Of a stretch of DNA of 64,000 bases, positions 29,557-39,363 are shown piece by piece. The notes beneath the pieces are model-generated. The model searched no databases and was not told where the DNA came from. It saw nothing but the letters and a program-made list of their open reading frames with translations. The stretch spans positions 421-64,420 of the forward strand of contig JANLIR010000007.1 in the NCBI GenBank assembly GCA_024654025.1, written 5' to 3'. The translations under genes and the position numbers were made by a program. Positions within the stretch are counted from its first letter, which is position 1. Every line of letters starts with the position of its first letter. This DNA is from Candidatus Wolfebacteria bacterium (GTDB lineage Bacteria; Patescibacteriota; Minisyncoccia; UBA6257; UBA9933).

Positions 29557-29988
29557 TTATAAGAATGCTTGAATTTTCTGTTTGGACACTCCCATTTTTA
29601 GAAGTTCTTTTTTGGTATCGCAATACTGTTTTTCGATAAATTGTGAGCGGTTCATGCCCGAAGGAGGGCTTTCGAAATATTCCACCGCATTTTTAGAACT
29701 CAAACGCGGTGAAATTTTTTCTAAAATATACTCTCTTATTTCCGCTACTGTGGAGTATTGTCTGCTAATAGCTAGCAGTTCCTGGAGTTTTTCAACTTCT
29801 TCTTTTTTCCCGAATCGTTTAATCCATAAGCGCCGAGGAATGCGGTAAAAACGAAGGCCAACAAACAAAAGCAGTAAAGTTGGAAGGACTATAAATATTA
29901 ACAACGCTTTGGGAAGTTCGATAATAGTTGGGACGACGAGTTGATAAAAGAAATCGGAAAATGTTTCCGTCCAAGGCGTAGATGTCAT
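29557..29988 (-). CDS. Hypothetical orphan membrane protein
   Basis: TM segment; GGAGGA 4 nt before ATG. Confidence 0.55.
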   Translation of the reverse strand: MTSTPWTETFSDFFYQLVVPTIIELPKALLIFIVLPTLLLLFVGLRFYRIPRRLWIKRFGKKEEVEKLQELLAISRQYSTVAEIREYILEKISPRLSSKNAVEYFESPPSGMNRSQFIEKQYCDTKKELLKMGVSKQKIQAFL

Positions 29989-30102
29989 TTTATCCTCCGG
30001 AGAATGGGGTTATTTGGCTATTGTTCGACTTGTAAATATCTGATTACAAAATAACTTTTTATTTTGACAAAGTCAATTTTTTGCGTAGTAATATAAGTAA
30101 TT

Positions 30103-31947
30103 ATGCCGCTATTCAAACTGCATTCTAAATTCAAGCCGTCCGGCGATCAACCTGAGGCTATCAAAAAACTTATTGAAGGAATTAATAAGGGATTTAATAA
30201 ACAGACGCTTTTGGGAGTAACCGGATCAGGGAAAACTTTCACGATGGCGAATGTTATCGCTAATTTTGATATGCCAACATTAGTTATCGCGCCAAACAAA
30301 ACTTTAGCTGCCCAGCTCTACCGCGAGTACAAAAATTTTTTTCCTAAAAATTCGGTAAATTATTTTGTTTCTTATTACGATTATTATCAGCCTGAAGCGT
30401 ATATGCCTATAACCGATACTTATATAGGAAAGGAGGCAATGATAAACGAGGAAATTGACAAACTTCGGCATCAAGCAACCAGCGCTCTTTTAACAAGAAA
30501 CGACGTTATAGTTGTAGCGTCGGTTTCGTGTATTTATAATTTAGGAGTGCCGGTGAATTATTTTAAAAACGCGCTTCATTTGGAAATCGGAAAATTAATC
30601 ACGCGAGGAGATTTAATACGCCAGCTTGTGAAAATTCAATTTAAAAGAACACCCGGTTCTCTAAAAAGAGGCTATTTTCGCGCCAGAGGAGACGCTTTTG
30701 AAATTATGCCGGCAAGCGGAAACGCGCTTTATTTTGTCGAGATCGAAAACCAAAAAATAAAATCACTCGCGCTTTTGGACCCTCTTACCCGAAAAATAAC
30801 AGAAAGTTTGAATGAAACAGTTATATTTCCGCCAAAGCATTTTATTTCAGAGGAGCCGCAGATAAAAAAAGCGGTTGAGGAAATTAAAAATGAATTAAAA
30901 GAGCGGTTGGAATATTTTAATAAGAATAATTTATATCTTGAAGCTCAGCGGCTGGAGAGAAGGACCAGGTATGACATGGAAATGCTTAAAACTCTGGGGT
31001 TTTGTCCGGGAATTGAAAATTATTCAAGGCATTTAACGGGTAAATTAGCGGGTGAGCCGCCGGATTCTTTGTTGGCGTATTTTCCTGTTGATGAAAAAGG
31101 AAGGCCTCGATTTTTAACCATTATAGACGAGTCGCATATCGCAGTACCGCAAATTAGGGGGATGTACGAAGGCGACAAAAGCAGAAAAGGAATATTGGCG
31201 CAGTATGGCTGGAGACTGCCTTCGGCTTTGGATAACCGGCCGCTTAAGTTTTCTGAATTTGAAAAAAGAGTTGGTCAAGTTGTTTTTACTTCCGCCACTC
31301 CAAGCAATTTTGAGTTGGAAAATTCAAAGCAAGTCGTTGAGCAGATTATTCGGCCAACGGGCTTGATTGATCCTCCAATTGAAGTGCGTCCGGTTTTTGA
31401 TAAAGAAAAAAAATTTAGCCAGATAGACGATATTATGGCGGAGTCGGAAAAAATTGTAAAAAATAACGAACGAGTGATTATAAATACTTTGACCAAAAAA
31501 ATGGCCGAGGATTTGCAGGAGTTTTTGGTTAAAAGGAAATTTAAGGCGAAATATCTTCATTCGGATGTAAAAACTTTGGAAAGAGCGGAGATTTTAACCC
31601 AATTTCGAAAAGGAGATTTTGATATTTTGGTCGGGGTTAATTTGCTTCGTGAGGGGTTGGATTTGCCGGAAGTAGCGCTGGTGGCGATTTTGGATGCGGA
31701 CAGAGAAGGTTTTTTAAGAAGCGAGACGTCGTTAGTTCAAACAATGGGCCGCGCCGCTCGAAATATTAACGGCCGAGTTATTATGTACGCGGATAAATTA
31801 ACCGGATCGCTAAAGCGGGCAATTAAAGAAGTTGAACGCCGCCGGAAAATCCAGACCGAATACAACAAGAAAAATAAAATTACTCCACAATCGATTGTCA
31901 AAAAAGTGGAAGATTTGATTCAGTTTGATTCTGATTTTGGGGTATAA
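30103..31947 (+). CDS. uvrB: Excinuclease ABC subunit B
   Basis: GDQP, LGVTGSGKT, YYDYYQPEAY beta-hairpin, DESH, GRAARN. Confidence 0.97.
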   Translation: MPLFKLHSKFKPSGDQPEAIKKLIEGINKGFNKQTLLGVTGSGKTFTMANVIANFDMPTLVIAPNKTLAAQLYREYKNFFPKNSVNYFVSYYDYYQPEAYMPITDTYIGKEAMINEEIDKLRHQATSALLTRNDVIVVASVSCIYNLGVPVNYFKNALHLEIGKLITRGDLIRQLVKIQFKRTPGSLKRGYFRARGDAFEIMPASGNALYFVEIENQKIKSLALLDPLTRKITESLNETVIFPPKHFISEEPQIKKAVEEIKNELKERLEYFNKNNLYLEAQRLERRTRYDMEMLKTLGFCPGIENYSRHLTGKLAGEPPDSLLAYFPVDEKGRPRFLTIIDESHIAVPQIRGMYEGDKSRKGILAQYGWRLPSALDNRPLKFSEFEKRVGQVVFTSATPSNFELENSKQVVEQIIRPTGLIDPPIEVRPVFDKEKKFSQIDDIMAESEKIVKNNERVIINTLTKKMAEDLQEFLVKRKFKAKYLHSDVKTLERAEILTQFRKGDFDILVGVNLLREGLDLPEVALVAILDADREGFLRSETSLVQTMGRAARNINGRVIMYADKLTGSLKRAIKEVERRRKIQTEYNKKNKITPQSIVKKVEDLIQFDSDFGV

Positions 31948-32047
31948 ATTTGACACCGATTATTTGCGGGTTTAATCTATTATCAACAGAATAAAAATTT
32001 ACTTGCCCCCTATAAGCCAAAAGGAGGGCGCTTTGAGTTATGGAAGA

Positions 32048-32089
32048 CCCGGATAGTAGTCCGCCGTAGGCGGGCACTACCGGGCAGGT
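32048..32089. repeat. Nested palindrome containing a TCCGCC-NNN-GGCGG unit
   Basis: cccgg..tagt tccgccgtaggcggg actac..cggg; same core as the pheT insertions. Confidence 0.5.
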
Positions 32090-32098
32090 AAAATAATT

Positions 32099-34648
32099 AT
32101 GGAAGAGAAGATTATTATCAAGGGGGCGCGGGTGCATAATCTTAAAAACATCAGCGCCGAGATCCCAAAAAATAAATTGATTGCTTTTACCGGAGTTTCG
32201 GGAAGCGGCAAATCGTCGCTTGCTTTTGATACGATTTTTGCCGAAGGACAGCGTAGATATATTGAATCGCTTTCGCCGTACGCGAGGCAATTTTTGGGGC
32301 AGATGGACAGGCCGGACGTTGACGAAATTGTGGGGTTATCGCCGGCAATTGCCATTGATCAAAGAGCGCTTTCGCACAACCCGCGTTCTATCGTAGGAAC
32401 GCTTACGGAAATTTATGATTATCTTCGTGTTTTATACGCCCGTTTGGGAGAAGTTTATTGTCCCAATGACGGAACAAAAATTAAAAAATTATCATTGGAA
32501 GAAATCGTGGATATTATTGAAGACAACGCGAAAGAACTGAAAGAAGAAACGGTTACAATTTTATCTCCGGTCGTCCGTGGCAGAAAAGGAGAGTATTACC
32601 AGCTCCTTTATGATTTTCTTTCACAGGGTTTTAGCGAGGCGAGAATTGACGGGAAATTTTATAGTTTGCATGAACGCGTGGAGCTTTCTCGTTATAAAGA
32701 GCACGAGATAGAAATAGTAATGGATAAGGTGATGATTAATGATGAAGGCCGGTTGTTTGAGGCGGTTGAAAATTCTTTAAATTACAGCAAAGGTTTGGTT
32801 ATCGCGAAATTTTCCGAAAAAGAAATATTGCTTTCTTCAAATTGGACTTGCCCGGTTGATAATTTTTCTTTTCCGGAAGTCGAGCCAAGGCTTTTTTCTT
32901 TTAACAGCCCGCACGGCGCGTGCCCGACTTGTTTCGGACTCGGAAAGACCGATTTGTTTTTGAAAACGATTTGTCCCGATTGTAACGGAAAAAGATTGAA
33001 GCCGGAGTCGCTTTCGGTAAAAATCGGCGGCACTTCGACAGGCTCAGTACAAGGCAAAAGTATTTATGAAGTTTGCAATTTATCGCTCAGCCAAGCTCGC
33101 GATTTTTTTGCAAGTTATAAAAAGAAAATGTCTTTACGGGAAAAGAAAATTGCTCTTAATGTTGTTGAGGAAATAGAAAACCGGCTGCAATTTTTACTGG
33201 AAGTCGGCCTTGATTACTTAACTTTAAACCGGGAAGCGGAAACGCTTTCAGGCGGCGAAGCGCAGAGAATTAGATTGGCTTCCCAGATTGGCTCAAAACT
33301 TTCAGGCACTCTTTACGTTTTGGATGAACCGACCATTGGGCTTCATGAAAGAGACACGGAAAAATTAATAGGCACTTTGAAATCATTAAGAGACCAAAAT
33401 AATACCGTTATTGTGGTAGAACACGACGAGAAAACAATCCATAGTTCTGATTATTTGCTTGATTTGGGGCCAGGCGCTGGAGTGCACGGCGGAGAAGTAA
33501 CCGCGATTGGAGAGACAAAAAAACTTTTACGTAATACCAATCCGCGAACGCATACGAACACCACGAACAAAGAATTCGAAAATTCGCTAACTTTAAAGTA
33601 TTTGCGAGGCACTAAGGAAATCGCTGTTCCAGAAATAAGAAGGCACAAAACAGCCGAATCAATAAAAATAATAGGCGCGAGGGCGAATAATTTAAAAAAT
33701 ATCGACGTCGAGTTTCCTTTGAGGCGTTTGGTGTGTATGACCGGCGTTTCCGGAAGCGGTAAATCGTCTTTGCTTTACGATGTTTTATACACAAATCTTT
33801 CAAAAATAAAAGCGCGTTTTAACGAGCCGTTGGAAAACGCCGCGAAAATTTTGGGAAGCGAGTTTATCGATAAAATTGTAATGGTTGATCAGTCGCCGAT
33901 AGGCCGGACTCCGCGTTCCAATCCCGCAACTTATACTGGCATATTTACTCCAATAAGAGATTTTTTTGCCGAACTTTCCCAGTCGAGGGAAAAAGGTTAT
34001 ACCGCCTCAAGGTTTTCTTTTAATGTCCAAGGGGGCAGGTGCGAAGCTTGTCAAGGTGCCGGGTCTAATTTGATAGAAATGCATTTTTTGCCGCCGGTTT
34101 TGGTGGAATGCGAAGTTTGCCACGGGAAACGCTTTAACCGGGAAACTTTGCAGATTAAACACAAGGCTAAAAACATTTTTGAAATTTTGGAAATGAGCGT
34201 TGACAAGGCGCTGGAATTTTTTGACGGAATATATTTGATAACCGATAAATTGAAAGTGCTTCAAGAAGTCGGGCTTGGATATATAAAACTCGGCCAGAGC
34301 GCCACGACTTTGTCGGGCGGAGAAGCGCAGAGAATAAAACTTTCTAAAGAGCTTATCCATCCTTTGGGAAAGAGGGGATTGTTTTTACTGGACGAGCCGA
34401 CGGTCGGGCTTCATTATCATGATATTGAAATGCTTTTGAAGGTTTTAAACAAGCTTATTGAAAAGGGAAATTCGATATTTATTATAGAGCATAATATGCA
34501 TGTGATAAAATCAGCGGATTACGTGATTGATTTGGGTCCTGAAGGCGGAGAAAAAGGCGGAAAACTTATTGCTAAAGGCACTCCGGAGGAAATTGTGAAA
34601 AACGCGCACAGCATCACAGGGAAATATTTGAAAGAATATTTGAGGTAG
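32099..34648 (+). CDS. uvrA: Excinuclease ABC subunit A
   Basis: Two [10 protein letters not shown] Walker A, two LSGGEAQRI, zinc-finger Cys pairs. Confidence 0.97.
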   Translation: MEEKIIIKGARVHNLKNISAEIPKNKLIAFTGVSGSGKSSLAFDTIFAEGQRRYIESLSPYARQFLGQMDRPDVDEIVGLSPAIAIDQRALSHNPRSIVGTLTEIYDYLRVLYARLGEVYCPNDGTKIKKLSLEEIVDIIEDNAKELKEETVTILSPVVRGRKGEYYQLLYDFLSQGFSEARIDGKFYSLHERVELSRYKEHEIEIVMDKVMINDEGRLFEAVENSLNYSKGLVIAKFSEKEILLSSNWTCPVDNFSFPEVEPRLFSFNSPHGACPTCFGLGKTDLFLKTICPDCNGKRLKPESLSVKIGGTSTGSVQGKSIYEVCNLSLSQARDFFASYKKKMSLREKKIALNVVEEIENRLQFLLEVGLDYLTLNREAETLSGGEAQRIRLASQIGSKLSGTLYVLDEPTIGLHERDTEKLIGTLKSLRDQNNTVIVVEHDEKTIHSSDYLLDLGPGAGVHGGEVTAIGETKKLLRNTNPRTHTNTTNKEFENSLTLKYLRGTKEIAVPEIRRHKTAESIKIIGARANNLKNIDVEFPLRRLVCMTGVSGSGKSSLLYDVLYTNLSKIKARFNEPLENAAKILGSEFIDKIVMVDQSPIGRTPRSNPATYTGIFTPIRDFFAELSQSREKGYTASRFSFNVQGGRCEACQGAGSNLIEMHFLPPVLVECEVCHGKRFNRETLQIKHKAKNIFEILEMSVDKALEFFDGIYLITDKLKVLQEVGLGYIKLGQSATTLSGGEAQRIKLSKELIHPLGKRGLFLLDEPTVGLHYHDIEMLLKVLNKLIEKGNSIFIIEHNMHVIKSADYVIDLGPEGGEKGGKLIAKGTPEEIVKNAHSITGKYLKEYLR

Positions 34649-34699
34649 GGTATGGGGTATAGCCACTAGGGCTTAGTGAGTAAAAAAGTAAGGACCTTT

Positions 34700-35098
34700 T
34701 TAGGGGTCCTTTGGCGGAGGAAAGGCTGACAGAAATTCCTCTGCAGTTTTGATGATGTAGTTTACTTCGGGAAACATTAAGCTGTGAGAAAAAGGCATTT
34801 TCGGGTTTGCGCGATATGGATTTACAGCTTCAAGCAGAGGCATTTCGGTTTGCTGTATAATTTTTCTTATCACGGTCTCGGAAATAGGAGTTATTGGGCA
34901 AAAAGCGTGTCTGTTTATATTCTGCAGTTCCTTTTTTGTATATCTTCCTTCGTCCAATCTTTTGGCGTTCTTTTTACCACCAATAAAGATTTTGTCTTCT
35001 TTCGCCAGCTCCTTTAATTTCTCGATAAGGTAAAAGGTGTATGCCCACGAAAAGCCGGTTATGACCGAAGGAATCGGGTATTTCGCTACGTTCTTCAT
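34700..35098 (-). CDS. Hypothetical orphan protein
   Basis: 132-aa ORF antiparallel within the uvr cluster; GAGAGGAG upstream of ATG. Confidence 0.5.
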   Translation of the reverse strand: MKNVAKYPIPSVITGFSWAYTFYLIEKLKELAKEDKIFIGGKKNAKRLDEGRYTKKELQNINRHAFCPITPISETVIRKIIQQTEMPLLEAVNPYRANPKMPFSHSLMFPEVNYIIKTAEEFLSAFPPPKDP

Positions 35099-35163
35099 TT
35101 TATGACTCCTCTCAATATGGATTTGTTCGTGTTCTGATATAATGAAATCATCGTCTATAATTT

Positions 35164-36498
35164 ATGTCAAATTTGTTATTAAAAGCAAAAAAATTTCCGC
35201 TAACACCGGGAATTTATATGTTTTTAGACGCTAAAAAGAAGGTGCTTTATGTTGGCCGGGCGGTTTCTTTGAGAAAGCGTATTTTGAATTATTTCCAGAA
35301 AAATTTGTTGGACCAGAGGATAAAAGAAATGGTTTTTTTGGCGCGCGACATTAAATATAAAAAAAGCGAAAATCTTTTAGACGCAATTGTTTTGGAGGCG
35401 AATCTTATAAAGAAATATTGGCCGAAATACAATATAAAAGATAAGGACGACAGGTCATTTGTTTATGTCGCGATTTCAAAAAAAGATGATTTTCCGAAAC
35501 CGATTATTGTACGGGGCAGGGAAGTGGGGAAAATTTTGTCTGAACCGGTTAATTCTCAAATTCTCAAGAACATTGGAATAAACAAAATTAGCGTAAGGAA
35601 ACAGATGCAAATATTTGGACCATATCAGTCATTGCATTTAATAAAAAACGCATTAAAAATTATTAGAAAGATTTTTCCATATAGCACTTGCAAAATTGGT
35701 TCGGGAAAGCCGTGTTTTGATTATCAGATTGGACTGTGCCCGGGCGCGTGCGTCGGAGCTATTTCAAAAAAAGACTACAAAAAAAATATTGAAAACATAG
35801 CGCAATTGCTTAAAGGAAATAAAAAAAGATTGCTGAAAAAACTAAAAAAAGAAAATCCTAATCAGGCGATGGCTTTGGAGCACATTCAAGACGTTGCTTT
35901 GTTAAGCGGATCGGAGTTTGAAAATTTTAAATTGAAAATTGAAAATTCCGCGAAGCGGATAGAAGGATATGACGTTTCTCACCTAGCCGGAAAAGAAACT
36001 TACGGATCAATGGTTGTTTTTGCAAACGGCGAAGCGGATAAAAGCCAATACCGGTTGTTTAAAATTAAAAGCGCGCCGGCAAACGACGACTTGCGGGCTT
36101 TGGAAGAAATTATTTTAAGGAGATTTAAACACGACGAATGGCAAAGGCCAAACTTAATTTTAATAGACGGCGGCCGGCCGCAAATAAGTTTTGTCTCAAA
36201 AGCGCTAAGAAATAAAAATATAAATATTCCTTTGGTCGGCATTTCTAAATACAGGAGGACTCGTCCTGAGGGCGTTCGACTGAGCCCTTCGGCGGTGAGC
36301 CGTTCAGGACGGTCGAACCGCTCAGCCGAAGTCCGTGTCGAAGGAGATGAATTAGTTTTCCCGCTAGGCATGAAAAAACCAACAAGAGAATTGATTGAAA
36401 ATATCAAAAGTATTTTGTTAAAAGTTCGCGAGGAGGCGCATCGATTTGCGTTAAAATCCAGCAGGCGCAAAAGAGGGATGTTGATAAGTAATTTCTAA
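35164..36498 (+). CDS. uvrC: Excinuclease ABC subunit C (shortened)
   Basis: PGIY..LYVGRA GIY-YIG domain, Cys cluster, RIEGYDVSH, ILIDGG..Q, REEAHRFA; no HhH tail. Confidence 0.92.
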   Translation: MSNLLLKAKKFPLTPGIYMFLDAKKKVLYVGRAVSLRKRILNYFQKNLLDQRIKEMVFLARDIKYKKSENLLDAIVLEANLIKKYWPKYNIKDKDDRSFVYVAISKKDDFPKPIIVRGREVGKILSEPVNSQILKNIGINKISVRKQMQIFGPYQSLHLIKNALKIIRKIFPYSTCKIGSGKPCFDYQIGLCPGACVGAISKKDYKKNIENIAQLLKGNKKRLLKKLKKENPNQAMALEHIQDVALLSGSEFENFKLKIENSAKRIEGYDVSHLAGKETYGSMVVFANGEADKSQYRLFKIKSAPANDDLRALEEIILRRFKHDEWQRPNLILIDGGRPQISFVSKALRNKNINIPLVGISKYRRTRPEGVRLSPSAVSRSGRSNRSAEVRVEGDELVFPLGMKKPTRELIENIKSILLKVREEAHRFALKSSRRKRGMLISNF

Positions 36499-36552
36499 TT
36501 TTTGAGGAATTTAGATATAATCAATAAACGGTCGATAAAGATGAAATAATAT

Positions 36553-36792
36553 ATGACAAAAAATCTTAGCACAATCGATAGGATAATCAGATTAATAATT
36601 GCCCTAGGATTATTATATGTAGCGTTTGCTTATTACCAAACTAATTTTGTTTTAGCTATAATAGCTTTTGTTTTAGCACTCGGAACCGCGATCACCGTAA
36701 TTACCGGGTTTTGTATTGTTTATAAACTTTTTGGAATAAGCACAAGAAAAGATCAAGGTGGTTCATCGTTTCCGTCGCAACCTATGCAGTGA
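36553..36792 (+). CDS. DUF2892 (YgaP-like) membrane protein
   Basis: KNLSTIDRIIRL...GFCIVYKLFGIST. Confidence 0.85.
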   Translation: MTKNLSTIDRIIRLIIALGLLYVAFAYYQTNFVLAIIAFVLALGTAITVITGFCIVYKLFGISTRKDQGGSSFPSQPMQ

Positions 36793-36818
36793 ATAGGGTT
36801 TAGCCACTAGCCACTAGT

Positions 36819-36856
36819 AAATGCCTGCTATGCGTATGAGTAGCAGGCATTTTTTT
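36819..36856 (+). terminator. Intrinsic terminator
   Basis: aaatgcctgcta / tagcaggcattt plus T-run. Confidence 0.7.
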
Positions 36857-36912
36857 AGAAATAAATAAATAATTGAATTTTATTGACTTTTTGCTAAGAT
36901 GGTTTTGTTGAG

Positions 36913-36983
36913 GGGCCTATAGTTCAGTGGCAAAACACCTCATTTGCAATGAGGAGCCGCGAGTTCGATTCTCGCTAGGTCCA
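36913..36983 (+). tRNA. tRNA-Ala(UGC)
   Basis: Cloverleaf, anticodon arm cctca-tttgcaa-tgagg, G3:U70 pair, TTCGA loop. Confidence 0.92.
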
Positions 36984-36987
36984 CAAG

Positions 36988-37077
36988 GGAGGCGTGCGCG
37001 AGTGGTTGAAACGGATGGTCTTGAAAACCATTATGCCGGAAACGGCATCGAAGGTTCGAATCCTTCCGCCTCCGCCA
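36988..37077 (+). tRNA. tRNA-Ser(UGA)
   Basis: Anticodon arm atggt-cttgaaa-accat, long variable arm, G73, encoded CCA. Confidence 0.93.
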
Positions 37078-37112
37078 GTTAGAAAATGACTGAATATTAA
37101 AAGATCCGAACT

Positions 37113-37631
37113 ATGGAAAAATTTGAACCAAATATAGAAAATAAAGAAAAATTGAGAGACGCCACTCTTGTTTTTTTAATAAAAAAAGAGCACGAAAAAA
37201 TATTAGAAATTTGCTTAGCGATGAAAAAACGAGGGTTTGGTAAGAATAGGTGGAATGGCGTGGGTGGCAAGGTAGAGAAAGATGAAGAAATAGATAATGC
37301 TGCCGAGAGAGAAACTAAAGAAGAAATTGGCGTTGAGATCAGGCAAACAAATAAGGTGGCAGAACTATCATTTTTCTTTCCGCATAATCCAGCGTGGAAT
37401 CAAAAAGTCCATGTTTATTTTTCTGAAATTTGGGGCGGAGAACTAAGTGAAAGCGAAGAAATGAAACCGCAATGGTTTCCAACGCAAGAAATACCGTTTG
37501 ATCATATGTGGCCGGACGATGAATTTTGGGTTCCGGAAGTTTTGTCCGGGAAGTTAGTAAAAGCCACCTTTGTTTTTGGCGAAGGTGATATTATTCAAAG
37601 CAAGAATGTTCAAATCGTTGAGAGCCTATAA
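37113..37631 (+). CDS. NUDIX hydrolase, 8-oxo-dGTP diphosphatase (MTH1-like)
   Basis: KKRGFG..RWNGVGGKVE...AAERETKEEIG; SEEMKPQWF; MWPDD. Confidence 0.88.
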   Translation: MEKFEPNIENKEKLRDATLVFLIKKEHEKILEICLAMKKRGFGKNRWNGVGGKVEKDEEIDNAAERETKEEIGVEIRQTNKVAELSFFFPHNPAWNQKVHVYFSEIWGGELSESEEMKPQWFPTQEIPFDHMWPDDEFWVPEVLSGKLVKATFVFGEGDIIQSKNVQIVESL

Positions 37632-37697
37632 TTATTTATATTTTTTAAAAAAGCGGTATCTTTTGGAAAATTAAAATTTTGAATACAAAAATAATCC

Positions 37698-38453
37698 ATG
37701 AGAAAAGAACGGGAGAAAATTTATATATACGGAAAACACGCGCTGGAAGAGGCGCTTATTAATACGCCGTGGGCGGTGAAAAAAGTTTTTCTTTCTTTTG
37801 ATATAAATGATTCGAAACTGCGCGAACTTTTAAAGAAGCACAATGTGCCGGCTACGGTGATGAAAGGCAAGGAAGCTGACAGAATGGTCGGACAGGAAAC
37901 AGTGCACCAGGGCGTTATTGCCATATTGGATCCAGCCTTGCTTTTGGTAAATTTTGATGATTTTACAGCTAAACTTAAACCAACGGCAGATACGATACTT
38001 GTTCTTTTAGATGAGCTGACCGATCCGCACAATGTCGGCGCTATTATTCGCAGCGCGGCGGCGTTTGGAGCCTCGGGTATTTTAATGCCTTTTCATAATC
38101 AAGCGCCTATTACCGGCGCGGTGGTAAAAACTTCGGCTGGTATGGTTTTTCGCGTGCCGATAATTTCTATTGGAAATGTGAATTTTACCGTTGATAGGTT
38201 GAAAGATATGGGTTTTAAAACTTACGCGTTAACGATGCAGGGAGCAAAAGATGTTTCTACGGAAACTTTTGACGAGCCGGCATTGTTTATAGTTGGTAAT
38301 GAAGGCAAAGGCATACGGCAGAAAACAATGGAACGTTGTGATGTGTCGCTTCGCGTACCAATGAATCCGCGGTGCGAATCTTTAAACGCTTCGGTTTCGG
38401 CGGCGGTAGTGCTTTATCAGTGGAGCACAAAGCACGCGAAAACGCTAAAATAA
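37698..38453 (+). CDS. rlmB: 23S rRNA 2'-O-methyltransferase, TrmH/SpoU family
   Basis: IYGKHAL, HQGV, DPHNVGAIIRSA, GNEGKG, ESLNASV. Confidence 0.85.
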   Translation: MRKEREKIYIYGKHALEEALINTPWAVKKVFLSFDINDSKLRELLKKHNVPATVMKGKEADRMVGQETVHQGVIAILDPALLLVNFDDFTAKLKPTADTILVLLDELTDPHNVGAIIRSAAAFGASGILMPFHNQAPITGAVVKTSAGMVFRVPIISIGNVNFTVDRLKDMGFKTYALTMQGAKDVSTETFDEPALFIVGNEGKGIRQKTMERCDVSLRVPMNPRCESLNASVSAAVVLYQWSTKHAKTLK

Positions 38454-38465
38454 AAAAAGAAGAAC

Positions 38466-39353
38466 ATGAATAATATCAATTTGACTAGCCAGCCATGGCG
38501 AGACTACGAGCTGATTGATTCCGGAGACAATCGCAAATTAGAACGGTACGGATCTTATATTGTTATTCGTCCGGAAACGCAGGCTATTTGGAAACCGGCG
38601 CGGCCCAAAGATTGGAAGAGGGCGAACGCTGAATTTAGTTGGATCGAGGGCAAGGGCGTGTGGCAGAAAAAAAATATTCCCCAGTCGTGGGAACTTTCCT
38701 GGAAAGACATTCGTTTTATTGCGCGGTTAACGTCTTTTAAGCATACCGGAGTTTTTCCGGAGCAGGCTGTAAATTGGCAGTGGCTAAGCGAGCGTGTGGA
38801 CGCTCTTAAACAGCCGAAAGTACTAAACCTTTTCGGCTATACCGGCATTGCCAGTATAGCGGCGGCAAAAGGCAAAGCGCAGGTAACACATGTGGATGCT
38901 TCAAAACAAAGCAACGCGTGGGCAAAGGAAAATGCCCGACTTTCAGGAATTTCAGCAGGAATTTCAGAAGGAAGCATCAGATATATATTGGAAGACGTTT
39001 TGAAATTCAGCGAAAGAGAAGCGCGCCGGGGAGCCATTTATGACGGAATAATTTTAGATCCGCCGGCGTTTGGTCGCGGGCCAAAGGGCGAGGTGTGGAA
39101 AATAGAAGAATCGATTCCGCGTCTTTTAACCGCGATAAAAAGCATTTTATCTTCAAAGCCCGGTTCTTTCTTTTTGTTAAACGGTTACGCAGCCGGCTAT
39201 TCGCCGCAATCGTTTTTGCAGGCAGTGGAAAGTTTCTTTAGTGAGAAAAAAGGCGATAAAAAAGGCGAGTATGGGGAATTACGTATTCAAGAGGCTGGTT
39301 CAGAACGGTGCGTTCCAGCGGGTATTTATGTTCGTTTTACACGGACAACTTAG
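38466..39353 (+). CDS. Class I SAM-dependent methyltransferase (RlmI/RlmK-like)
   Basis: YELIDSG...KLERYG, HTGVFPEQ, VLNLFGYTG, ILDPPAFG. Confidence 0.85.
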   Translation: MNNINLTSQPWRDYELIDSGDNRKLERYGSYIVIRPETQAIWKPARPKDWKRANAEFSWIEGKGVWQKKNIPQSWELSWKDIRFIARLTSFKHTGVFPEQAVNWQWLSERVDALKQPKVLNLFGYTGIASIAAAKGKAQVTHVDASKQSNAWAKENARLSGISAGISEGSIRYILEDVLKFSEREARRGAIYDGIILDPPAFGRGPKGEVWKIEESIPRLLTAIKSILSSKPGSFFLLNGYAAGYSPQSFLQAVESFFSEKKGDKKGEYGELRIQEAGSERCVPAGIYVRFTRTT

Positions 39354-39363
39354 AATATCTTAG

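Noticed and set aside
38940-39270. 12-bp tandem duplications in the methyltransferase gene (SGISAGISEG; KKGDKKGE)
   Set aside because: Simple in-frame slippage duplications with no link to the repeat families.
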